A stretch of 64,000 bases of DNA from Tubiluchus corallicola (taxonomy: Eukaryota > Animalia > Priapulida). Position 1 is the stretch's first letter; the number at the start of each line of letters is the position of its first letter. The notes below the pieces were generated by a model. That model had not been told where the DNA came from. It did not search any database and was given only the letters and a program-made list of their open reading frames with translations. Position numbers and translations under genes: made by a program. The stretch is from the NCBI GenBank assembly GCA_030141605.1, contig JAQGDQ010000004.1:1-64000 (forward strand). The letters are read 5' to 3'. This document shows, piece by piece, positions 24,031 through 38,159 of the stretch.

Positions 24031-27000
24031 CAGTACATTGCCCACGTTTCGTCAGTGTTAAGTTCACATCACCGTGAACGCTTTATTTTGGTTTGTGGAA
24101 AAATTTTCCATTGTGATAATAGCTCCTATTGTCAAATCATCTGCGTGAACATTTCGTCAATAGACATTGATGTCTATGAAAATGAAGAAGTTCTTAAATA
24201 CGTTTGTGAATTGTTAATTAGTAAAACCGCCAGACCTGGCATAATGACGATATGACATGCCTTAAGCCTGACAGAAATCATAACAGTTTTCTACTAAGTA
24301 AGTTTTTTTTGGAAAAATTAGAATAATTTTCTTTCTAAAATAAACTCCTTCAGTTCATAATAATTATTTTGTTAAGTCTAAACTGCCATTTTTATTAAAA
24401 TATTTTATGTATTTACGTGTCGTCTGTACACCGATTCCCGCCTACCAGTAAATTAGGCTTGCCATGTTTACTATGTCTCCATATTAATTAACGAACTCTT
24501 GTATTTTATCTGAGTAGATGTATGCAGTTAATACATACTTCGTTAGCACAGTTAGTCTTACTTAAAAAATATTGTAATGTTTGCTTACAACATAGTTTAA
24601 ATTAATCTGAGAAAAGCATCTAAATGGTAAATCAGAAAAACGTTTTCACTTGTGTTCTTATGAAGACGCGGCATATGCTAAATTTGAACCGCTCATTTGC
24701 TGGTGCAGCAAACAACCAATTTTAAGAAAGATAAAATAGGAAAGAAACCAAATGAAAGACAAAAAAGTTTAAAGGCCTATATAACCCCAACAGACATTGA
24801 GGTTTTTTAACATATTACTAAGATTACACAAATAGGTTACTTTTTAGTGAAGGAAGAGTATAAATTAAATAACTTGTATTTTCGTTCCAAATTTTGAACG
24901 TGTGCATTTCTGTGAAAACCACTATGTTTCACACTTTGGCACGAATGTGTAAGAGTGACGTAATCTGTGCACAAAGCTCTTGTGGCTACTATTATGACAA
25001 AGCTTGCTTGTGCGCTTTCACGGCAGACATGGTATTGTAATTATTATAGGGTCAATTGTTGTTCTTCAAAACAGCTGGAAAATAGCAAATAACATTTAAA
25101 AAATAAAAAGAGGTATGGTATCTGAAATTATGTACTAGTTTATAGTTTTAGTTTATAGTTGTATCAATTGCAAGCTGTCACAAGTTTTACTATTATCCTA
25201 ATTTGTAAAATTATTACTTCATTCATGCCTCATATCTTCCTCTTTGATATGACACTATTTTCATTTCAGCCCACATGGCCATCTTGCTTAATCGAAATAA
25301 TTATTTTGTTTGTGTGTATCTCAGATACTAATTGATTCTTTCTACAACACATAGTAGGTAGGCGTACTACGTTGTGGGGTGTTAATACTTACTGGGCTAG
25401 TTAAGAATAATTTGTAATGTAATTTATAGTTTATTAGGGCTTCCACATCAGTTTTACATTTTGAGAATAAATTAAAGGTTTCATAAGTATATAACAGAAT
25501 TGATTATTTTAAGTATCCATTTATCACCTAATCACCTAATGGTATGTGTATTGTGCCACTGCCTCAATTTTAAGCATTCACAGACGTGGATGAATTTAGA
25601 GTCACAGTATTTTGCAAAAATGAGCCAAAATTTGAGTTTCATTATTGTTAAAAAGCTTTGTGTTAAGAGCTGGACTTGGAATTTACTTCTGTTTAAAACA
25701 AGATGTGGCTATTGGAAAGATTGTTACCAACATACCCATCTGCAAATAGTGTCAGAAAAAAGTCAGTATGGCATGCAGCTCAACAATAAAGTACTTATTT
25801 CAGTACTTGAGATACAAACATTACAGAGATTTGTGCAATAAAAACTCGCGGTGCCCAACAAAGTGGACGCCATCAGTTTATACAGTGAAACAATACTTTG
25901 ACCACATAACTTTACTTGAAAGTAATAGCAAAGAAAGTGATCATATTCTTATGCAAGCACATGGTACCTACTTATGGAGTCAGTAAGCCAGGGTATAAAG
26001 CCGTGAAGGACAACTGAAGGTTATAATGATGCATCCATGTGTAAAGGTGACAAATGTAAAGGTAACAAATACCATTTCGTTAGTGCACAGAATACGTCAT
26101 TCGTCTCGTGCAACGAAAAAGTGTCGTTTTTGAAATGTGTGAACATGAACAGTGGAGAGATAAAATGTCAAACGAAACTAGTTTTATCGTGAGTTTCTAC
26201 TAAAACAAATCTAATGTTCATATTCATGCCAAAAGTTTAGTTATAATATGGGTTTAGTTTGACTTTAAGTACAAAGTACTCGATTAATATTTCAATATTC
26301 AACAATGGTTGTTTTTGCTTGTTGTATCACTTTTAAGTTAGACCTATTGAATACAGTTATTTATCAGCCAAGCAGTATGCATAGCATCTACAGTATGTTA
26401 GAATGTGCTAGCTGACTAGTATATATGGTAGTAGCCGACAAACAGTATTTTGGCAATCGTGGTTTATAAGTTAACTTGGGTTAATGTAAAATAATATGTA
26501 AAGTACTGACTTATTATTCATTGTGCCTTTAAGCAGCAATGAAGGCAATATATGATTGGACATCAAAATGTATTCTAGACTTTGCTGGTACTACCTCATC
26601 ATATCTAGAAATTAACGAAAAGCTTTGTACAGGCTGAAATAAGCTGTTTTAGCTTTCTTATGATGTCACTGGCATCTCTACTGTCTTTAACAATAAACAC
26701 GTGTATGCGGTAAAGGTCAAAAAATGTTACTCTGCCAGAAGTTTTCAATTGATAATATAATACGATCAGAAAATGTAAAGCAAGGAGTTAATAAATTTCT
26801 TGTTAAACTGTAGTTTTGAAATTGCTGGCATCGTTAGAAACAGTAGAAAAGAAAAAACTTTTTTTACTTACCTAACGTTGAGCAGGCACTGAATATAACA
26901 ACTTCTAAATACTTCACAAAGCAAAGCTCCTTGCCAGCCGTAATCTTTTGCTTCACAGAAATTTCTTTATTGCTTTTCTATATGATGGATGGACAACGCT

Positions 27001-27889
27001 TTCCCAGAAAAAGAACATGGCCTACGTTGGCATGGTTCACAGCTAACCTAATTCTTGTTAGCATTTTTTCTGGGGTAAATAGTCTCGTTGGTGCATCATA
27101 CTTTAGTAAAACATTGTGAAACGTTTCAAGTGCTGACTTATGAATAAAAAAATACAATTTTGTATAGCTTTAGTAAATTCAGGCTGGTTTAGAAATTTTT
27201 TCCCGGAAAATGTTTTTCCTAGAAAACTTTTTTCACAGAAAAAATATTTCCCAGAAATATTTTAACAGGAAAATCATGGCTGCTTTTTTAATTGCAAGCT
27301 CTGTTGTTTTAGCTTCCTCCTCTTCCTTCTCCCTCTTTCCTTACGTCCCTTGCTTTTTCTCTCTTTTTCCCATCTTTGTCTCCCTCTCTCTTTCTCTCTC
27401 TAAATTTGCCCAATAAAATTTTACAAGATTTTTCTACAGGATTTTAGTGCACTGCCAACACTAGCAGAGTTCAATGACAGGCCCTGCTAACATTATTTTA
27501 TGGCGTCATTCTAATTCATTATTAAGATAACCTTTAAGGCAAAATACTGTGCAATATTTGAATACAGAACGTGCATTTTGCAGTATCCATTGTTTCTGTA
27601 AAGCATTGTTTCAGATAAGTGACGTACATAGTGAGCAAATTATGTAAATTTGGTAGTTTTGTTTTGCTCTCCTAACAAATTGCTACATGTGCTGATATGC
27701 TTCTTGTCGGCAGTAGTAATAGTTTTAATACTTTCAATAGTGACTACCAATACTTTTTCAGTACAGGCAGTACCTTGTTATTTCTCCTCTTTAATACAAT
27801 ATACATGTAGTCCTCCTATTCTTGAATTTATTTTTTATTGTATAGTCACTATTTGTAAAATTATTGTTTACTTTTGCAGAACTATAGAA

Positions 27890-30800
27890 ATGTTTGGGTC
27901 GAAATCAAATAAAAAGTATGGTGGTGTAGAGCTACAACAAGATGGTGTGATAAACAGAAATCATCCCGAAGTTTTTGATACATCCGAGAAAGGTATTTAT
28001 AGTTGCCTTAAGAAATTGGTGTCTGTATAAAAGTATAGCATGCTGTAATTTGCCTACTGAAGTTAAGGTGATTGGTAACCACCAAGAACAGCCAGTGATA
28101 GGCAAGTTATAAGGGCTGCATCAGATGTGTAAGACTATCAGTAACTCATGCTTTATAATTTTACGTTTAAACCATGCCACTGTAACTCAGACACGATTAA
28201 GATTTTGTTTCTGAAAAGTTAAAAGGACTTCACATTCTGTCTGTATTTGCAAATATTCTGTATGAAAGTGGCTGTATTTTTACAGAGATTTAGTATCATT
28301 TTCATTTCAAGTGAAAATTAAAGTCCATGTCAATGCAGAAAATACATTTTTGTGGTAGTCTCCAAGTATATCGATCTCATGGGGGCAACTATGCCTCTCT
28401 ATTGAGGGTTCTTAGTTATGTTAACTACTTATAAATCACTAGTACTAATTAGTAATTTATTACAATGGGAAAAACATGTAAGATGAGACTTGTAACAATG
28501 AGACTTGTAACAGAACTTTAAAAAACAATTATGTGTCTAAGCTGATTTAATGGTAATATTATATTTTAACAGTACCTGTTTACATATTCCAGTGAGTGCA
28601 GATTAATAAGATAGTGAGCTTTAATACAGTGTGTTATAATGCAGTTTGGCACACTGAATTGGTAGAGATGTTTTAGTTATGTTCAGATGTAAGTATAGCC
28701 TTCTTCAACATGAGAAAATAGCCTTGGCAGCTTGGTTGGTTTAACCACACAGGATAGGTTTTTACAACAATTAATAGTGAGACTTCGCTTTGCTGAATTT
28801 TTAATGAAGCTAATTTCTTCACTCATAAAAGTTCTATCTTTTTTAATTTATAAGTGACTATCAATTTAAAGTTGTTATAAGATAAGCATTGTACTTACTA
28901 ATTGTTTCATTTTCATTAATTGTTGTCATTCAAATAATGACAGTGTACATTTTGCCTTTTATCTTCACTCTTCACACATTATATATCTTTATACAGTCTA
29001 GTACAGTTCAGGGTTTTTCTTAAGGCTTCAAAGCTGTTTTTGAGCACAGCAACCTTTTTTGGCAACTTTTTTGTTCCATTAGTTAGACCCATATCATTAG
29101 TTATGTTAAAAATTATCATTCAGATAATTCATTATAAAATACAACTTAATAAACATGGACTAGTAATTTTTATCCTGCTTTAACTATCATAAATGGAAAA
29201 TGTTATTTTTCCTAAATTTTGGTAAAAATTTGCCCAGGAACCTTAAATGGAAAGCATGCGTACATGATCTGCTACAATGCTTGTCCAAGTGCATGTGTTT
29301 TATGAGAAGTATGCAATTTTAATCCTAGTAAAAGGGTGAAAAGGTTTGCCTTTTGATCAGTTTTGCTTTAAATTTGACAGTCAGAAAAGAAGAGGAAAAT
29401 GCATTTTGTTTAATTTGTCTAATGCTTACTTCAATTTCTGTTATATGATTGTTGGCCAAATATGTTTGCATGTTCTGTTCATATACTTTTATAATTTTAT
29501 GCTTTGCACGCATGTTAATTTTTGTATTTTGCTGTTGTTGGGTTTCCCGTGGCATATAGCTATTTGCTGTATGCCTTCCTTCGAGGGGATATCTTATTGC
29601 TTTCAGAAACTGTTTGTTTATTATGGATGTGTCTGACAGTAAATAAACATCCTAGTTGTAAGGGAGTGTCTGCTTCATGTTCTAGGAATAGTATAATTTT
29701 TAAAGACCTTGTTGGACAGTCCAGTTTGCTTGCTAAGTGCTCAGTACTTGTAATATTCCATATATGTAACTTTGTAATCCTAGTGAGCACTAAGTTGCTT
29801 AATTTGATGTAGGACAGCTGCATGAAATTCTGCTGAAGTGTTGATTCAGTCAAGAATAGATGAATTGCGCTGAATTTACAGCTATTGAGTTTCATCATAA
29901 TTTGCTCAAACGCGCACAGCTTCGAACTTTCAGACTGGGAGCAGCTCAGTGTTGTTGGAATCTGGAACTGAGAAGTTCAGTTTCGGTTGCCGAAGATTTA
30001 GCCTAGTTTTTAGTTTTGTTTCGTTTTTAAAGCAATTTCTATTCTTGTCGGTTTATGGATTTGGTTGCCTTCTGCTACTAAAATTTGTAGCTGAGACATT
30101 GTTTTGTCGCGACAGTTTTCTTAGAAGGAAATTGCTATGACGTGTGAGATCATAGAGCATGTTTAGTGACTGTTTAATCTGGTCAGCTGTCCTAAGAATT
30201 GCTCTACTCATCTTGGTTATAGATGGTGCAAAAATATTTATTACACTTGTGATAATCTTGAACATGTGTAGTGGCAAATTTTCTCGTAATTCTGGAAGAA
30301 ACCATATTATTTACGAACTATTTCTAACTTTGCAAATGCCGTTGTTTTAATATGTGGAGTGTTTTGTGTTAACTTACGGTGGTTTGTCAGAAGCATAACA
30401 ATAGATTTTACAATCTTCCGTGATGGATGAGGAAAAGAGTCTTTCAAAAGGTCTGATGAGTGTGTATGTCTTTGCATATATGCCATTTTTAATTACTTAG
30501 ATTAATTTGTCTGGTAAACTATCCCAAAAATTATAAACTAGAAAATCATCTTTGTAATAATGCTGCATGCATATATTCACACATAGTACTTTAAAGTTTC
30601 TTTGAGAGTTTATTTTGATCATTTTAGCGGATTTATTTGATGGAGCCGAGCGGAAGTTATCGTTATCGGAAGCGACTCGATATCGGTACATAACTCTTTT
30701 TGTGACTGCGTTGTCGCTAGTGGCTACACTTCTATTGGGAATAACTTGCCTAAGTAAGTGGTCACTACAAACACGAGCTGTTCGTTACACTTTACATCAG

Positions 30801-33800
30801 TAATTGCATATTATCGGCAAGTTTTTGTTTGATTGTTTTATTCAGCTTTGTGTGATTAGTGACGACGGCTATTATAAACAGATTTGCCTATTTGTTTAAT
30901 GTCAGCTTCTTTAAGCTTGTGCAGTTTTATTCTTATTTTACTTTTAGCCCTAGCAGTGGGTTTCATAAAAACCGTTCGCAGTAGCAAATGTAGCTGTTGC
31001 CACACATGCTTAACGTACCAGCATATAGTATGGCCTAGAATAAATTGTATACATGCATGTTACTGATGTGTTATCAAGATTATATATTAGAAGTTCTGAA
31101 TGTTGCAATAAGAACTGCTCTCGTTTTTTTCAAAGATAAACAATTAGAAATGTTTAGTGGAAGTTGGAAATTGGTGAATAGTTGAATTTGGTTTTAGCAT
31201 CTGTAATATCAAGTGTACACTGAGTTACATTACATCATTTAAATGGATTTTAGTTTGTTTACCTAATGTTTATCTGTCAAGAAGCATAGAGCCTTAAAAT
31301 AAAAATGATGAGGATGCAGTTTGAGCAGTGGCGTAGCTAGAAGGGGCAGGATGGACCGGAGCAGCAAATATTGCATTGACATGCTGTTTTGTTGAGTTAC
31401 TCTTAGTTTTGCCTTTTACCCTGCTATGTCTTTTATATTTTTTTATGTTCAACTTTAGAGTTTAATCATAAAATAGTAACGTGCCAACATTTTCTCCATA
31501 TGTCAACATGCCAGACTGTTAGTTTTCATGAAGAATGATACAATTATGTTACTATGTTTTTAATTTGAAGTTATACTTGCTAAGCATTTTTTCTGTTTTG
31601 TTTTATTGTCGATTGAATAAATCTAATTAGTTCCTTTCTATGTGTATTTTGTTTTCTTTGCTTTATTTATTATCTTTTCAGTTTTATCTGTTAGTGACAA
31701 CAGTGATGCAGCATTTGCTTTTTCTGTAAGTAGACATGCACATTTTCCTTTCTGTCTTTGCACATGACACTTGCATTTCATACAGAAAATCTGTTGTTTG
31801 AATCTCATTACGTACTGCATTGCACAAGTGTCGTCACTTGCACTGGTCATTGTGAAATATGGTTTTATTATATTAAGAAAATTGAAGGGTTCATGAAAAT
31901 TTTCATTGCAGTTTTGTGATTTTCAGTCCAGTGTTTAAGTGCCTAAGATATTACTACAATATGTCAAAATGTGTGATAAGTGCTACATTCACTTGATGAG
32001 TGGTGCAATAGACTTTTAACGTAATACTGGGAGTTTATTTTTGCAGATACGTGCGTATACAATGTATAAAAAGAAGTTGTCTTAATTTGTTATGTAAAAG
32101 CCAGGATATAGTAGTTACAGTTCTTTACATAAAGACTGTAGTTGCTACAACTTTTTAGTTTTCATATAATTTGGTTCCAATAGAATAGGTGAAGGATATT
32201 AGATGGTGATTCATACGGTATGGCGACCGACAGTTTACAAATTAGTGCACATTTTTTTCATTAATAGCTTGACTGTTTGTTGGATTTCCTAACTTCAATG
32301 GTTGTTTTGTGGAGATATTTCGGAAATGTCAGTTCAGTATATTCATACGGACGTGAACGATTGTAAGTATTTTTGTGAACAATGTTGTATTATTTTATTT
32401 CATCATAATTTCGTTTAATAATGCAGGTTAGTCTTTTCTGTCTAGCAGTCAGTGGCATGAGTGATGAATGAGCAACAGTTACTGCAAATGGTAATGTTAG
32501 TATTTTTTCTAGAAACTACTATGGGCTGTGAATTAAATTGCAGTTGTTTTATTTAGGAAACCTATATTGAGGGGCATTTTTTCAATAGAAGTCATCAATC
32601 ACATTCACTGAATAGCATTTTTCTGACAGTCATTTTGTCACTAATAGTAATAGAAACACTGTTACTATTAGAGAAGCAAGTTTAGAAATTTGTAGAGTAT
32701 AGAGGGAAGACTGGAAAATGTGAAATTAAGTGTAAGAGCACAAAATAGGCAGTGATAATATATGTTTCTGTATGCAATGCTGGAAGATGGTAGAAAATGT
32801 ATCGAATTAATTGCATTTGGTTAGCATTTAGTTTGCTGTATTGACTATTGACTTGCTGTGTCGAAGAAATGCTAATGAATAGAACTAAGATTAGCAATTT
32901 AAACTAAACTATGAATATTTATAGTGTAAGTAAATATAAAGTTATTTCAGTACAAGTACAGCTTTACATTTCATTGAATAGGAAGCTGTGTGTATAATGA
33001 ATATACATGTAAACTGTATTTTAAATTACGCACGACTTTAGCTTATGTTAAACACAACTTAAGCATATGAGGTTAGCCTACATTGAATAGCAGACATGAA
33101 AAGAGTATGTGCTTCTGTACCTAACACTGGTTTCAGATTGTACAGCAGAGTGAACAAACCAAAGGTTCTTCACCCTGGCTCACAACATAATTAATTAAAA
33201 GAAATGCATACAGTCTGATGTGAGAATCTATGTCACTATTGTAACAGCACCTTTATAAAGATTGTTTATTTGTATTTATTTAGAGCATGCATTTTACTCG
33301 GTCTTCTTTTTGTCATCTCTGCTGTATGCATAACGGTCAAAGCTACTTATGACTTCATGGCAGGTGGAAGACCTGAAAGGGTAAGTAACATCCCATAAAA
33401 AATGGTACCATATTAAAAAAATATTATTATCCCGCATTTGTGAGCTGTCGTGTTGCGATTTACTGCAAGCATTTCAAATTTTCAATATAAAGTAAATTCA
33501 ATATTAATTTTAGGCAACTTGAGCTAAATTAGTTACATGTTTCCTTGTATGTATGCTCCTAATATACATCATAAAAGGTTAAAAAGTTCAAGTTTAGTTA
33601 AACTGCTATATTAGCAGCTGCGCACACACATGTACGCACGCACACACTCCTGCTGCTGATATACATGCTATAGCAAATACTGTTGTAGTACTTCATTATT
33701 AACTATCAGTTATTCTGATTTCTCAAACTATAAAGTTTACAGTTTTTTTTTAAAATTCTAACTTAGTATGGGAAAAATGGAAAGGAAAAATTATGAATTA

Positions 33801-36236
33801 AAAATGTAAAGGTAAGCAAAAATTTTAGAATTCCATGCATGGTATGAGTCTGCGGCTAAGAAAATATATTTTTGTTTTTTTGCAGCCTATAACCCTTCTG
33901 CATCTATTTCTCATCAGCACAGCAGTGTGTTCTGTGTTAACTATTGCCAAATTAGTTCTGGGTTATAAATTAGAAAGCAGAGTTGTTGTTACCGACGGTA
34001 AATAATTTTGTTTTATAGCAATGTTATACTATTTCCGTGCTTATTTAGTTTAATTTGCATTAAACTTGATCCGCTCATATGTGATATGTGTTCTATTTTT
34101 TGTTCTACTCAATATTAAAATTTGTTATATGAATAAATTTGCAGTTTTACGCATGTTTTAGCCATTCTTTCAAACTTAAACAAACTGGTAACTAATTCGA
34201 TTCACAATCATTATTAGGTATTATGTAACCTACAGTTAGCTGACTTGATGGTACGGTTACTGAATTCAAAAATTTATGAGACTGTCTATGAAATTACAGG
34301 CGAAGAATGAGATATTGCTGAACTTTCTTAGTAGACAGATGTTTAAATTCTTTCGTTTAACAACATTCTTAAAGCTTCTTCATGAAATCCAATCTAATGC
34401 ATCGTTGTTTGTTGTTGTTTTTTTGGGGCGGTGGAATTCCAACTACTTTATGTACTTTACTAATACACTCTAGTTTTGCTATAAAATAATTATAGCTGTT
34501 ATTGTGTTTTAACAAAATAAGATTAACCTTTCAGTACCAATTTTCAAAATCACAATAATCACAATCACACAAAATTCAAAATACACAAAGATTTGTAATG
34601 GCTTTACATGATAATCCGGAACAAATAAGCATTTCTCATGACCCCAATCCGTCGTTGTAAGGCTATATTATATTTAAAACCCTCACTTTTGCTGTTTGAA
34701 GTTGGCTTAAAGACTTTTGTGTAATATGCATTCTTAATCAAACGATCATATTCTAACTGAGCAGCTGTGTCAATGACAATAAAATCTTCTTATCCCATGA
34801 AGCTATTTCAGTTTTTACGATGTTTAATTGACAGCAAGCATTCTTGTGCCCGGTAGATTAGATTTCTCTTAGTTTGCCCTATGTAGGAATTGTTGCTTTA
34901 AGCAGGGATTTCCTTAAGCCAACTTTAAACAGTAAGTTTGAAGGTTTTAAATATAATTTAGTCTTATAATGGATGATTGGGATCATGCAAAAAGTTTGTT
35001 TGTTCTGGATAATCATGTAATGTTATTAGAACTCTGTACATTTTATAATTATTGTGATTCTAAAAGTTGTATGTATATGTACCCAAACTTTAATCTTTAT
35101 ACAGTCCTGTTATGGCATTTTTTTATTGCGTTTTAGGTATAAATTCTCTATTTGGTGCTATAATGGGTGGTGCTGTTTTAGCAAGTATTGAAGTTTACAA
35201 GGTAAAGCCCAGTGTGTGGTATCTTGATTCTGTCGTCAGTATGGGACTTGCAGTTTTGTGCGTCTTATATGGTATTTGGTAAGTTAATGTGTATGACTAA
35301 TAAGTGCAAAATTTTGTATGATCTAAGTATAGCAAGTTCACATTTCGTTTATTTATTGTTTGAAACTACCAGAAAATACAATTTGCAAATCACCTCTGAA
35401 CACAAAAATTTAAATGAAAACTATGATAGGCATAGAACCTTACTACCTTGCTTTTTACTAAAATAAAAAATATATGCGTTACAATTTAATTGCCAGAAGA
35501 GTCTTAATTTTTTTAAAATAATTAGATTCATTTCCATTAAAATCTTCAGAAATTTACGTAAGTATCATTTAGTTTTTATGCTACCAAACTTGTGGTGCAA
35601 GCAATACCACAACAATCATGCTGCAGTTCCTTGCAGCAGTTTGCATGTACAGATAGTACTGTTGCAGCAAAGATGTCTGCTAAAAATTTAGAGCCGTAAC
35701 TTTCAGTATAAGCATAGTTCGGTGGTGTTTTTTTTACTGTAAACACGACCAAATAGAAATTATGCTATATGTGGTAAATGTAATGAAGAACTGGAGTGTG
35801 AATCAAAATTACAGTACATCAATTTTGGAGAAACATTTGCAGTACTTAAACTTGAAATTACTCAGTGATGCTGAAAATGAACAGATGATGCCATGATGTG
35901 AACAAAAGGCTAAACAAATGAAATATTGTTAATATGAATTTGTAGATCCGGAACTGGATCCACCACATGTGTATCGGATTCAATCTAGAACTGGCAAAAC
36001 TTATCTAGTGCTTCCCTATATATGGCAATTGTATCAATGATTGTAGTTTCTGTTGTAAACGTTGCAGAAGACGATTTTATGCAACTTGTTTTGAGCTTAC
36101 AACAAATTCTCGTGCATTATTTTAGATAAAGAATAATTTCACTGAATTTCTATAAGTGAGCTAGTGGATTTTTTTTGCATGTTACAGGTTGCTGTTTGAT
36201 TCAATTGTTTTGCACAGAGCATCAGGACATTCTTGA
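27890..36236 (+). CDS. TMEM163: Transmembrane protein 163 ortholog (CDF/ZnT-like zinc transporter), ~255 aa, 8 coding exons
   Basis: Exons 27890-27992, 30628-30753, 31682-31725, 32268-32362, 33284-33380, 33886-33997, 35137-35278 and 36188-36236, all GT-AG and in phase. The translation (SDAAFAFSLDCLLDFLTSMVVLWRY..YGRERLACILLG..AKLVLGYKLESRVVVTDGINSLFG..EVYK..VWYLDS..YGIWLL) is collinear with recalled vertebrate TMEM163. Confidence 0.92.
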
Positions 36237-36899
36237 AGTTCATTATATCATTTTAAGTCTTTCAAAACAACTAAAGGTGCCAAAGGTGAAACTCCTGTCC
36301 TTCCTTCATCTTAAAGTAATTAAGTGTAAGTACTGTTTGCAGGTATTTAATAAAATCAGAAGTTTGTTTTTTCTTAGAAGTTCCTTGCTGTTAATTGATT
36401 TATGGGTATGAAAGTTCTAGAAACTTGTTCTCCCACAATAAGGAAAAACTAATGAAAAGTGAAATGTTAAACAGATATCCTTTTCTATAAAATCTGGGAA
36501 TTCAAATACATTTTGTGGAAGATATACATGTTACATAATTGCAAGGCTTCCATATAGTTTGTAATTTTGCTGCCATCTTTTGCACCATTTATAAGAAGAG
36601 TTGCATGCTTTGCTGAAAGTTGCATTTTGGCGTATGTGGGTGTATGGTAACAATTCCATTTTGGCATAGGGTTTATCCATATTGCTTGAAAAATTTGAAT
36701 ATCCTTTTTGCTAAAGTGATGCATTAGCAACGTGGAATTATGTTTCATGTTTTAGCTGCCGCTACCAGTTTAGTAAAATAGTACAGTGATTCATGCAAAA
36801 TGAAAATTTATGGTGGGCAGATTATAATTGCGAAATTGTCATTATATTGTTTAAGTCAATGTGCCTTTGATTAAGTCTAAATTCAGATTTATGAGAATA

Positions 36900-38159
36900 T
36901 AGTAGGTGCTGCTTAATAGACTCACTTTATGACCGAAGTGATCCAATTAACCGATTGAACCTACTAACTGATGGGTGTAGTATTACTGGTAGAAGTATGA
37001 GTCATTGGCTTACTATGCACTGCAAAGGTTTTCAATGAATTTTAGAAACGAAGTAATGCCTAAATTCCCTTGCACAGTTAAACATTAAAAAAGTGTTTTA
37101 AAATATTAATTATATAAGTGAATTAGCAATAAATTAAAAAGTATACTTTTCTAAATCACACAAGTCTGTTTATTTGCAAAAAGTACAAAAGTTCCTTCAC
37201 AGTTAGCTGCTTCATTTTCTCGCAAAGAAGTTGGCTCACAAAGTTCTCATAATTATAAAAACGTTGAAAATCTGTTGCCGTGTGATGCACATATTTTTGT
37301 TAGACATTTAGCGCTTGGCGTGTTTGAGCTGGAGTTTGTGGTGCCCTTGTTTCCTCACAAGTGGCTTCGTCATCTTCTGTAGATTCGTCTTGACTCCTCC
37401 TTGCAGTGGTGATGATTTCGTCATCGGTTATTTGGCCTGAATGGCCAAATCAATTTCCACCCAGGTCGAGAGTACTCTAGGAAATTTTCAACTGCGCTGC
37501 TGCACAGCTCTGCCGCATCTTTGGAAGTTTATCGTACTGCTCTAAAATTTTCAGTTTCTCCTTAACTGTTAGATCTTTACGCTTATGCTGCATTTTTGAA
37601 ACTTGACTCTATACTCTTATTTGCTGTATGATGTTTGAATTAAGTCATGCTGTACGTCATGAAATACTGGCTGATTACTGTAGCTTCATCTTTGACTGTT
37701 AACTGATTAAGCATGAAAGTGTGATTTGCAAGAAGAGCTTAAAAAGGAAACTGCTAGACAAGTGATTAAATGTTTAGCTTCCAGAAATTCTTGGATAACG
37801 AGGTTAATTGCAGTGGACTAGTAGTGGGTAAAAGATTCAAAGCAAAACCACTATGCTAGCGTATTAGGTGTGATAAACGCACCTGCTTACAAACAAACTT
37901 AACATGATTGTTTCTACTTATATTATAGTACACAAAAGCGAAGTAAAGATGACAAAAAAGTAGCAAAGGTTCTTTGGGCACATACAAATGTCTTATTTTA
38001 AATATGTAAAGGAAAAATATTGAGTCAATTATGCAGAGTTATTTGAGTCAATTACCAACAGTTTTTATGTACATTTGAATAGAAGCTGCCTGTACCAAGC
38101 GTTTTTTGAGTGAATTAAGCGAGTCTATTAACTGTGAATCTATTAAGCGGCGTCTACTG
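36900..38159 (-). mobile_element. Internally deleted pogo/Tigger-type (Tc1-mariner) transposon
   Basis: TIRs TAGTAGGTGCTGCTTAATAGACTCAC and GTGAATCTATTAAGCGGCGTCTACTG, flanked by TA on both sides. The minus strand from 37593 reads MQHKRKDLTVKEKLKILEQY..A..LKIS* (CENP-B/psq HTH), followed directly by an acidic C-terminus (TDDEII..DESTEDDE). The DDE domain is absent. Confidence 0.8.

Noticed and set aside
24900-25035. Single MRE-like GTGTGCA and CRE-like GTGACGTAA upstream of TMEM163
   Set aside because: Isolated 7-9 bp motifs are expected by chance and the TSS is unknown, so they cannot be called regulatory.
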